Shown piece after piece: positions 46,274 through 54,563 of a DNA stretch of 64,000 nt (positions are counted from its first letter, which is position 1; every line of letters starts with the position of its first letter). The stretch covers positions 70,680-134,679 of the forward strand of contig CALCZC010000028.1 of assembly GCA_937903605.1 (NCBI GenBank), read 5' to 3'. Under the pieces are notes generated by a model. The model had not been told where the DNA came from and searched no databases. It worked only from the letters and a program-made list of their open reading frames with translations. Source of the DNA: an uncultured bacterium (GTDB lineage Bacteria > Patescibacteriota > Patescibacteriia > Magasanikbacterales > GWA2-37-8). Made by a program: the position numbers and the translations under genes.

Positions 46274-46370
46274 ATTCGTGCAGATTCGTGTAAAAAATCG
46301 TGTTTTCTGTTTTGTCTTTTTTCATTTATCTATATATTTGTGCAGATTAGTGCAAAGATTCGTGTTTTCT
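46274..46370. repeat. Pair of 35 bp ATTCGTG-type direct repeats
   Basis: 46274-46308 and 46336-46370; a reverse-complement relative lies at 54422-54455. Confidence 0.7.
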
Positions 46371-46410
46371 AAAACAAAAGCCCCTTATGCAGGGGCTATA
46401 AAATAAAGAA

Positions 46411-46734
46411 CTATTTTCGGCGACTTGTTTCCGGCTTGTCTTTGAGTACCGGTAATTTATAACCGGAGTTGACAAAGAGCTGGGCAGCCAGATGTCGCGG
46501 AATAGTCGTGTAGTCAAGTACTCCCACTACTCCCGCCTGTCTTTCCATGATGGAGGTAATGCGATAAGGAACGGGGCTAAGCCGAAGGGTTTTGGCCGCC
46601 GTCTCAACCGCTTCTCTGGAAAGAAAGACGACTTCCTCCCTGCCTTTGAAGCGAATCACTTCTGCTCCCTTGAGCTTTTTACCAGTGATGGGACAACAGC
46701 CTTGTTTTTCAAGGGCTTTGATCAATTCATCCAT
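46411..46734 (-). CDS. Hypothetical orphan protein
   Basis: 107 aa, AGGTG RBS, CPITGK motif, terminator-like hairpin 46376-46398. Confidence 0.6.
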   Translation of the reverse strand: MDELIKALEKQGCCPITGKKLKGAEVIRFKGREEVVFLSREAVETAAKTLRLSPVPYRITSIMERQAGVVGVLDYTTIPRHLAAQLFVNSGYKLPVLKDKPETSRRK

Positions 46735-46979
46735 TTTTTCACCTGCTAACGAAAGTTGTTAAAATAACTTTTGCTCCAAAATCGGAACTGGAATATTTTA
46801 ATATATTTTTCTAATTTTGTCAACTAGACAGTAAAAAAGACTGTTTTTAGGCAAATCTTTTCTAATCCCAGCTGAAATATTTGACTTTTTTGTCAATTAC
46901 CTTTATAATTTCAATTACTTTTAATTTTTATTATTATTCTTACTGCTTACAAGCTTACTAGCTTACTGGCTCAACAAGT

Positions 46980-48995
46980 ATGAATGTTTCCGAATTAGCT
47001 CGACAACTTAGAGTACCACCGCAAAAACTTTTGCAAATATTGCCTGAGTTTGGTTTTGATATTGGTGCTCGTGCGGTAAAAGTTGACGATAGGGTTGCAG
47101 AACGTATCAAGAAAGAATGGCGCAGGATCAAATTTGTTCTAGAAGAACGAGAACGTAAAGAAAAAGAAAAACAAAAAGAATTGGAAAAAGAGATGCGTCA
47201 ACAAAGTGATACAGTGGTACAAATTCCCGCCAAAGTGACAGTAAAAGAACTGTCATTACTTTTGGATTTGCCACTTAATAAGTTAATAGTTGAATTGATG
47301 AAAAATGGTATTTTGGTTTCGCAAAATGAAAATTTAGATTATGACACAGCTGTGATTATTGCCGAGGATTTGGGTTTCAAAGTTGATAGAGCTGATGATA
47401 AAAAAGAAACAGAAGACAACCACCATGTTACAAATTTAGAAAATATTTTATCCAAAGAAGCTATTGCTCCGCGTGCCCCGGTAATCGTGGTGATGGGTCA
47501 TGTTGATCACGGTAAAACCAAATTATTGGACGCTGTTCGCAATACCAATGTTATAGATACGGAATCTGGCGGTATTACCCAGCATATCGGTGCTTATCAA
47601 GTTGTATGGACAGATCCGAAATCCAAAGAAAAACGTCCGATTACTTTTATTGACACTCCGGGTCACGAAGCTTTTACTGTGATGCGTAGTCGTGGCGCTA
47701 AAGTTGCCGATATTGCTATTTTGGTGGTAGCGGCTGACGATGGAGTTAAACCCCAAACTGTGGAAGCTATCAATATTATCAAAGCCGCCAAACTTCCGTT
47801 TATCGTGGCGGTAAACAAAATTGATAAAGAAGGAGCTGATCCGCAGAGGGTGCGTACTGATTTGTCTCAATACAGCATTATTCCGGAAGAATGGGGTGGA
47901 GAAGTGCCGATGGTGGATATTTCCGCCAAACAAAATTTACATATTGATAAATTGCTTGATACTTTATTGTTATTGGCTGACGTTAATAATGAACAAATTC
48001 GTGCCAATGCGGACAGGTCTGCGGCCGGTACGGTTATCGAAGCTCATGTGGATAAAGGCGAAGGACCGGTAGCCACCATTTTGGTTCAAGTTGGAACTCT
48101 GAATTTGAATGATCCGCTAGTAGTTAACGGTGAGATTTATGGTAAAGTTCGAGCAATGAAAAATTATCGCGGAGAAAATATTTTGCAAGCCGGTCCTAGT
48201 TGTCCGGTTAGGATTTTGGGTTTCAAAGTTGCCCCGCAAGTCGGTGATGTGCTGGATGTCGGTTCAGCTGGAACATCATCTTTGATAGATGTTAAAGCCA
48301 AGAAAACTCAACAATCTGGTGCGGAAAAAATACATAATCATCAAACGGATTCTGGAGAAGACGAAGAAGGTAAAAAATATTTTAACGTAGTTATTAAAGC
48401 TGACACCCTCGGATCACTCGAAGCGATCATCGGTTCTTTTGAAAAAATGAAAAATGACGAAGTTTCTGTTCGAGTGGTTGGAAAAGGTTTGGGAAATATC
48501 ACAGCTGATGATGTAACCTTGGCGCAAACCACAGGAGCTAAACTTTTTTCTTTTCATGTAGCGGTCACACCGGTGGCGCATGACATGATTCAAAGCACTG
48601 GAATTGATTTCAAAGAATATAAAGTAATTTATGACATGTTTAATTATATTGAGGTAGAGTTGGAAAAAATGTTGAATCCGGAAGTAACGATTACAGAACT
48701 TGGAACTTTCAAAGTTTTACAAATCTTCCGTTCCGATAAAAACAGTCAGATTTTGGGCGGTCGAGTAGAAAAAGGAAAAATCCAAAAAGATACCAAAGTT
48801 CGTATTAAACGCAAAGGTGAACATATTGGAATCGGTAAATTACCGCAAATCCAGATGGGACGTCAAGCGGTTTCTGAAATTGAACAAGGTAACGAATGCG
48901 GTGCACAGTATGAAGGTAAATTGCATGTGGAAGTCGGAGATATTTTGGAAGTATATAAGGAAGAAAGTAAAAAGAAGAAGTTAGAATTTAATTAG
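46980..48995 (+). CDS. infB: Translation initiation factor IF-2
   Basis: [48 protein letters not shown]. Confidence 0.98.
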   Translation: MNVSELARQLRVPPQKLLQILPEFGFDIGARAVKVDDRVAERIKKEWRRIKFVLEERERKEKEKQKELEKEMRQQSDTVVQIPAKVTVKELSLLLDLPLNKLIVELMKNGILVSQNENLDYDTAVIIAEDLGFKVDRADDKKETEDNHHVTNLENILSKEAIAPRAPVIVVMGHVDHGKTKLLDAVRNTNVIDTESGGITQHIGAYQVVWTDPKSKEKRPITFIDTPGHEAFTVMRSRGAKVADIAILVVAADDGVKPQTVEAINIIKAAKLPFIVAVNKIDKEGADPQRVRTDLSQYSIIPEEWGGEVPMVDISAKQNLHIDKLLDTLLLLADVNNEQIRANADRSAAGTVIEAHVDKGEGPVATILVQVGTLNLNDPLVVNGEIYGKVRAMKNYRGENILQAGPSCPVRILGFKVAPQVGDVLDVGSAGTSSLIDVKAKKTQQSGAEKIHNHQTDSGEDEEGKKYFNVVIKADTLGSLEAIIGSFEKMKNDEVSVRVVGKGLGNITADDVTLAQTTGAKLFSFHVAVTPVAHDMIQSTGIDFKEYKVIYDMFNYIEVELEKMLNPEVTITELGTFKVLQIFRSDKNSQILGGRVEKGKIQKDTKVRIKRKGEHIGIGKLPQIQMGRQAVSEIEQGNECGAQYEGKLHVEVGDILEVYKEESKKKKLEFN

Positions 48996-48999
48996 GAAG

Positions 49000-49095
49000 T
49001 TTTAACTGTTTTATCGCGCTAAAGCGCTTGATATAAATGATTTATCACTTCGTTTGTTTATATAACATTTAGAACAATTATAACATTTAACAACT
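49000..49095 (-). repeat. Gene-less copy of the 9-mer array plus GCGCTTTAGCGC hairpin element (reverse orientation)
   Basis: Plus strand TTTATCGCGCTAAAGCGCTTG at 49010-49030 followed by AACATTTAG/AACAATTAT/AACATTTAA units. Confidence 0.85.
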
Positions 49096-49102
49096 TTTAA
49101 TT

Positions 49103-49423
49103 ATGGAAAACAATATAAATTCAACAAATTTTAAGGAGGAAGTTTTGGATAGTAATATCCCTGTATTAGTAGATTTTTGGGCGCCATGGTGTGGTCCTTG
49201 CCAGATGATGCTTGGAGTTTTGGGGGAGTTAATTGAAGATAACAAAGACAAAGCGGTCAAAATCGTTAAATGCAATGTTGATGAAAACGGAGATGTAGCC
49301 GGACAATATAATGTTATGAGCATCCCGACCTTCATAATGTTCAAAAATGGAGAAATTGTAGAAACTATGACCGGGGGAGTGCAGAAGGAAAAGTTGCAAG
49401 GATTAATAGACAAAAGCCTGTAA
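49103..49423 (+). CDS. trxA: Thioredoxin
   Basis: VLVDFWAPWCGPC, VMSIPT. Confidence 0.96.
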   Translation: MENNINSTNFKEEVLDSNIPVLVDFWAPWCGPCQMMLGVLGELIEDNKDKAVKIVKCNVDENGDVAGQYNVMSIPTFIMFKNGEIVETMTGGVQKEKLQGLIDKSL

Positions 49424-49433
49424 AATTACAAAA

Positions 49434-49513
49434 TGTCATCCCCGCGAAGGCGGGGATCCAGGAAAATTAAGATAGCCACTGGATTCCTCCGCCAAAGGCG
49501 GACGGGAATGACA
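49434..49513. repeat. REP-like doublet with nested mini-palindrome
   Basis: TGTCATCCCCGCGAAGGCGGGGATCCA...TGGATTCC[TCCGCCAAAGGCGGA]CGGGAATGACA; sister copy at 54479-54552. Confidence 0.8.
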
Positions 49514-49833
49514 GTAGAAACCCACTAGTTAGTGGGTTTTTTGTTTTATTATCATATATCTTTATATTGATATCAATATAATCATAGTAAAAAAAGTGTA
49601 ATTTTTGGTGGAATAAGGGATTAGATTAAACAGTTTTTTGTGTCAATGTTTGTTCAAAAATTAGGTAACCGTGTTTATCTAGTTAAAATCTGGTCGAGTT
49701 GGTTTATTTTTGGTAAAAATTTTTGGAGAGCCTATTTTTAAGCGTAATGGTTGTTGTTACAGGGGTTTATCCACTTGTTTTTCAATTATATATCATGTAT
49801 ACTAAAATTATCGTTATCATTTGAAAACGCGCT

Positions 49834-52014
49834 ATGAAAAAAAAGCAAAAAACAACAACTAAATTCGACGTAGAAAAAGATGTTGAGCTATCCGACTTAA
49901 CTAAAGAAATTCTTAGCAATGAAATTTCAAAGTTTGACGAGTACCAGGCTTGGAAAAATTTTTTTGTCAGATATATCGATCCAGATGTTGTTCATAGAAA
50001 AAAAGATATAAAGGAGTTTGAAAGAAAATTAGGCGCTGATTTTTTTGAAATTCTTTATACAATTCATTTAATAGTTTATTTAGTTGCCAATAAATTTATT
50101 ATCCAAATACAAGTACCCGATAAATTTAATGTTTCGGAAGTTATATTTGAAAATGTTTTTAAAAATTTTTCTGAAGAATCTAAAAATAAGATTGATAAAA
50201 AAATTGGCGATTTATTTATACAATTGTGTAAAGAAAATCTACACGCATATGATCTATTCGAAAATATTTATAGAACTATTTCTCCAAGAGAGATAAGAAA
50301 ACCTTTGGGTGAATATTTTACCCCCCTTTCACTTGCAGAAAAAATGGTTTCCGAAGTGGATAAAAAATATTCTGATGAAAGATGGCTAGACAACTCAAGC
50401 GGATTCGGTGTATTCTTATTTGCATATCTTGATAAATTTGGAATTAAAAATATTGAAAAATTTAGTTGCATAGATGTAAATCCGCTATCTGTTTATGTAA
50501 CCAAGGTAGCTATTTTACTAGAGTACAGGACACAATTAAATAAAATAGCTGACCTTAAAATTTATTGGGGCGATGTTCTCTTAAACGAAAGATATGAGTT
50601 TAGAGATGGGAAAATATTGGTATCAGGTAATTTTTCTGAACTTCAAAGTAATGTTGGGGTTGTGATTGGCAACCCTCCATGGGTGAGCTGGAAATCAATG
50701 ACCAAAGAATATCAAAAACTGATTGGGGATGATTGGAGAAGTTACGATATTTTTGAGAAAAATATTACAAGAAAAACACTAGGGGCTTGTAATGATGATT
50801 TGTCAAGCTATTTTGTTTATTTCTCTATAGACAAATTTTTAAAAAAACAAGGATTACTTAAGTATGTGATAAATCTCTCTTTGTTCAAGAGTAATTTAGC
50901 AGGAAAAGAATTTAGAAAATTTAATATTCAAAAAACCAACACTCCTTTCAGAATTGAAAAAATTTATGATCTTTCAAATTATAAAGTTTTTCCCGGCATA
51001 GCCAATTCATACTGTGTTTTTGATGCGACCAAAGGCGAGAAAACAATTTTTCCAGTACCTTACTCAATCATTAATGGTAAAAAAGGCAAAGAAATAGAAA
51101 GCACTATAGAAACTGGCGCTCGACCAGTAAACAATCAAGACAATGGCGCTTTGATAACAATAAACGGCAACGACCAGCAGTTCGATTCTATTGAGGGAAT
51201 TTGTGAATACAAAGCACGGGCCGGCGTGTGTACTTGGCTCAACAGTGTTTATTGGATTAGAAAAATTGAGGATGCTGGTGAATTAACTTTGGTATCCAAC
51301 CTCGGGACTATAGGTAAAAAGAAAGTAGCAGAAATAGAGAATAAAATTGAAAAAGATCTAATATTTCGCTTATTAAGAGCAAGGAATCTTAATGATTTTA
51401 ACCCGGTAATTGAAAATTATATTATTGTTCCCCAACAAAAAGATGAAATGTCAAAGCCTATTGATGAAAAAGAAATGAAGGCAAAATATAAAAATACTTT
51501 TGTATTCTTTAAAAATTTCGAAAACGAATTAATAGAAAGAAGTGGCTATAAAAAGTTTTTAAAAGGACAGCCTTTTTATGGTCTTTATAATATTGGTCCG
51601 TATACAACTGCGCCCATAAAACTTGGTTGGCAGTTCGTATCTAAAAAATTTCAAGTTTATTTAATTGATAATGCGGAAGACATAATACCGGACCTAAATG
51701 TGATGTTTATCCCTCTAGAAGATATAAATGAGGCCTATTATTTGCATGCTCTTTTGAACTCTAAATATGCTACGAAAAAAATTGAATCAAGCTCTAACTG
51801 GACATTTCCAAGTGGGTCAATACAAAAAATATATTTAGAAAAATATAATTCTAAAGATGATCTTCACACTAGTATATCGTCATTACAGCAGAAGATTTTA
51901 TCTCAAAAAATAATCGGATTAGAAGAAGAAATGGAGAAACTATTTAAGGAATATTGGTTCAATGGGAGAAAAAAGAAGCGTGAAATTACCCAAATTCAAT
52001 TATCGTTTGTATAA
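49834..52014 (+). CDS. DNA amino-methyltransferase, gamma class (N6-adenine, TaqI/Eco57I-like)
   Basis: GEYFTP (motif X), WLDNSSGFG (motif I), IDVNP (II), GNPPWV (IV), long C-terminal target-recognition region. Confidence 0.9.
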   Translation: MKKKQKTTTKFDVEKDVELSDLTKEILSNEISKFDEYQAWKNFFVRYIDPDVVHRKKDIKEFERKLGADFFEILYTIHLIVYLVANKFIIQIQVPDKFNVSEVIFENVFKNFSEESKNKIDKKIGDLFIQLCKENLHAYDLFENIYRTISPREIRKPLGEYFTPLSLAEKMVSEVDKKYSDERWLDNSSGFGVFLFAYLDKFGIKNIEKFSCIDVNPLSVYVTKVAILLEYRTQLNKIADLKIYWGDVLLNERYEFRDGKILVSGNFSELQSNVGVVIGNPPWVSWKSMTKEYQKLIGDDWRSYDIFEKNITRKTLGACNDDLSSYFVYFSIDKFLKKQGLLKYVINLSLFKSNLAGKEFRKFNIQKTNTPFRIEKIYDLSNYKVFPGIANSYCVFDATKGEKTIFPVPYSIINGKKGKEIESTIETGARPVNNQDNGALITINGNDQQFDSIEGICEYKARAGVCTWLNSVYWIRKIEDAGELTLVSNLGTIGKKKVAEIENKIEKDLIFRLLRARNLNDFNPVIENYIIVPQQKDEMSKPIDEKEMKAKYKNTFVFFKNFENELIERSGYKKFLKGQPFYGLYNIGPYTTAPIKLGWQFVSKKFQVYLIDNAEDIIPDLNVMFIPLEDINEAYYLHALLNSKYATKKIESSSNWTFPSGSIQKIYLEKYNSKDDLHTSISSLQQKILSQKIIGLEEEMEKLFKEYWFNGRKKKREITQIQLSFV

Positions 52015-52511
52015 ACCTCTTCGCCGTTTGTTTTTGCCCATTTTATAGTAAAACCCACGTGAGAAATATCGTTTGAACTGATTGATAATTGACGCTCGGT
52101 TTCTTTTAAAATATTTTCAGTTGGAACCTTATAAATTACTTTTATATCTAAAGGAGCTTCTTGTTTAAATACAGCACAATAAAAACAACTGTTTCTACTA
52201 ATTCTTAGTAGGGATTTTTTTTTCTTCTCTTCTGGACTTTTGAACATTCTGTCTAATTGAAAAGTTCCATTTTCCCAACAAGACAAATATTCATACAAGT
52301 TGCTAGGATTTTTTGGGTCCCAGGCGTCCGCTTCATGTTTTGTGGTATGGACTTCATGACCAAGGGCTGAGCCGATAATCAGTTCTTTGACTAGTCCTGG
52401 TTGGAATAAATTAGCATAACCCAAACCAGAAGCAATTTTTTGCGCCTCTTTTACAAGTGAGACAATTTGTTTTAATTTCTCTTGTTTTGTTTTGGTATCT
52501 ATTTTACTCAT
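51996..52511 (-). CDS. Putative Type II restriction endonuclease, PvuII-like
   Basis: Q.IA...G..NLFQ and H.ADA.D....YEY.S resemble R.PvuII; translationally coupled to a C gene and convergent with the MTase. Confidence 0.65.
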   Translation of the reverse strand: MSKIDTKTKQEKLKQIVSLVKEAQKIASGLGYANLFQPGLVKELIIGSALGHEVHTTKHEADAWDPKNPSNLYEYLSCWENGTFQLDRMFKSPEEKKKKSLLRISRNSCFYCAVFKQEAPLDIKVIYKVPTENILKETERQLSISSNDISHVGFTIKWAKTNGEEVYTNDN

Positions 52512-52723
52512 AATTCTTTCATTAGTTTATCGATCTCAATTTTTAGTGCTTTGCTGATTTTTTCGATATTTTTTAAGGTTATATTTTTTTCTGCACGCTC
52601 AATCATGCCGATATATGTTCTGTGAACACCCGCTCGATTAGCTAATTCTTCTTGAGACAAACCTAACTCAGCACGTCTTTTGCGCAATTGTTGACCAAAT
52701 TTAATTAAGATTTCGGTCTTCAT
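52508..52723 (-). CDS. Restriction-modification controller (C) protein, XRE HTH
   Basis: FG..LR..R...GLSQEELA.RAGVHRTYIG.IER.E.N.TL.NI.KI..AL; overlaps the REase start by 4 nt (ATGA). Confidence 0.88.
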   Translation of the reverse strand: MKTEILIKFGQQLRKRRAELGLSQEELANRAGVHRTYIGMIERAEKNITLKNIEKISKALKIEIDKLMKEL

Positions 52724-52747
52724 AAGAATAATCATAGTATATCAATC

Positions 52748-52780
52748 TGCTAATTCTAGTTCTACATACTATAGTTAGCA
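52748..52780 (-). promoter_or_regulatory. C-box operator
   Basis: Minus strand TGCTAACTATAGTATGTAGAACTAGAATTAGCA: ACTATAGT core, weaker copy 15 bp downstream, outer TGCTAA/TTAGCA symmetry. Confidence 0.65.
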
Positions 52781-52847
52781 TATACAACTTTAATAATTTT
52801 AGGAAGCTTCTAATATTTTTTATGTTAGGAGGTGCGGGACGGGGGAT

Positions 52848-52904
52848 CTGGTTAAATGGCGCTTTGCGCCAATTTTTTGAATAAAAATTATTTAACCGGG
52901 TAAA
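52848..52904. repeat. Branched-hairpin mini-element, copy 2
   Basis: CTGGTTAAAT GGCGCTTTGCGCCA ATTTTTTGAATAAAAATT ATTTAACCGGGTAAA; same architecture as 17827-17891. Confidence 0.75.
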
Positions 52905-53091
52905 CTTATCCACACCCCCTATTTTGTAGTTTTTGGAATTTCTGTGTTATTATTAAACTATCAATCTATATATTGATAGTTATAAAAAGCTATTTATAAG
53001 TTGATATCTACAAATAACTATTTAAAAATTGATAGGTATAAATAGATATCTATAAATAACTATCATTATATTGATATTTTAACGTATTTGT

Positions 53092-53304
53092 GTGAAAGTG
53101 GACGCAAAAAAATTCAGCGCCAATCTCAAGCGCTTGCGCTTGGGTAGGGGAATGTCCCAGGAGATGTTGGCGCGCAATGCGGATTTACGGCTTTCCAATT
53201 TAGCAAAATTGGAGGGTGGTTTTAACGTTAATCCGACTTTGCAAACATTATCGTCACTGGCACATGTTTTGACCGGGGACAGTATAGACAGGCTTTTACA
53301 ATAA
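53092..53304 (+). CDS. XRE-family HTH regulator
   Basis: NLKRLR...GMSQE.LA..A......AKLE.G...NPTL.TL..LA. Confidence 0.85.
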   Translation: MKVDAKKFSANLKRLRLGRGMSQEMLARNADLRLSNLAKLEGGFNVNPTLQTLSSLAHVLTGDSIDRLLQ

Positions 53305-53454
53305 AAGTGAAAATTATTAATTATTGTTTATTGATTATTAATATTTCTTTATTTCTTTCTTTAAGGGAGGGAGAAAGAAGTATTTTAAAATAATCAATAA
53401 ACAAGAGTTAAAAATAAATAAGGATAAATAAACAATAAATAATAAACAATAATT

Positions 53455-54408
53455 ATGTTTATTGGAAAGAAAAAAAATTATTTTTTGATTGGATTGATTG
53501 TACTTGGGACAGTCTTGGTTTTGTTATCCTTAAATTCTAATGCCGCGACCCCTCCTTCTGTAATCAGTTATCAAGGTAAAATTTTGGAAAACGGAGTTTC
53601 AGCTTCCACCTCTTTGACTATGACTTTTGAACTTTTCAATACATCTACCGGAGGATCCGCACTTTATACATATACAGAAGCAATTGTTCCAAGTAGTGGT
53701 TTATTTTCTGTTTTGATAGGAGATAGTTTGATAAATCCACTAGATCCGGAAATTTTCAAAAACAATAGCGAACTTTATTTACAAGTAACAGTCGGTATAG
53801 AAACACTTTATCCACGTAAACGTATTGTTACCGTGCCTTATGCTTTCAATGCTAAATATTTGGACGGATATGGAGTTTCACTTACTCCAACCAATACAAA
53901 TTATATACCGGTAGCCGACAGTGATGGTGGATTTACTTTTGGCAATGTGACGACAACGGGGGATTTATATGTGAGTGGAACGGTGAGAGTAGGTGATATT
54001 TGTAGCAAGGATGGAAGTTTTTGTTTTAATATTGATGAATTAAATATAACAGTCAAAGAGATGCGAACCACTTCGGTTAAATATATAGGCAACGTAACCA
54101 CTACACCTTCTTTGAGAGGTTATCAAGCCGCCAATGCTATTTGTAATGCTTTTTGGAGCGGAAGTCATTTTTGCAAAACCGAGGAAATAATGACAATTAT
54201 AGAAAAACAAAATATAAATTATTTTTCCGGAACAGCTTGGTTGGCAAATGGACCTCCGGGTTATACTGCGCCAGCAAATGATTGTAGCGGTTGGACCAGT
54301 TCTGACGGAAATAGGTATGGTGCAATTTGGCAATTTAATAGCGATGGTGGTGGTAGTGGATATCTAACCACTTGCAACCAACCGCTGCCTTTGGCGTGTT
54401 GTAAATAG
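53455..54408 (+). CDS. Secreted protein with ISYQG N-domain and Cys-rich C-terminal domain
   Basis: Signal peptide, ISYQGKI...PR.RI..VPYA domain, C-terminal GY.AAN.IC..HFC..W..NGPPGY...NDC.G.....ACCK. Confidence 0.8.
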   Translation: MFIGKKKNYFLIGLIVLGTVLVLLSLNSNAATPPSVISYQGKILENGVSASTSLTMTFELFNTSTGGSALYTYTEAIVPSSGLFSVLIGDSLINPLDPEIFKNNSELYLQVTVGIETLYPRKRIVTVPYAFNAKYLDGYGVSLTPTNTNYIPVADSDGGFTFGNVTTTGDLYVSGTVRVGDICSKDGSFCFNIDELNITVKEMRTTSVKYIGNVTTTPSLRGYQAANAICNAFWSGSHFCKTEEIMTIIEKQNINYFSGTAWLANGPPGYTAPANDCSGWTSSDGNRYGAIWQFNSDGGGSGYLTTCNQPLPLACCK

Positions 54409-54478
54409 AAAACACTAATTTGAAAACACGAATTTTTACACTAATCAACACAGATAAACAAAAATAAAAAATACAAAG

Positions 54479-54552
54479 TGTCATCCCTGCGAAAGCAGGG
54501 ATCCAGGAAAAGTTAAACAAGCCACTGGATTCCTGCTTTCACAGGAATGACA
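54479..54552. repeat. REP-like doublet
   Basis: TGTCATCCCTGCGAAAGCAGGGATCCA...TGGATTCCTGCTTTCACAGGAATGACA. Confidence 0.8.
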
Positions 54553-54563
54553 AAAACAAAACT

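Noticed and set aside
43367-52914. DnaA boxes TTATCCACA at 43367-43375 and 52906-52914 as oriC
   Set aside because: Isolated single boxes without a cluster, and no dnaA or dnaN nearby.
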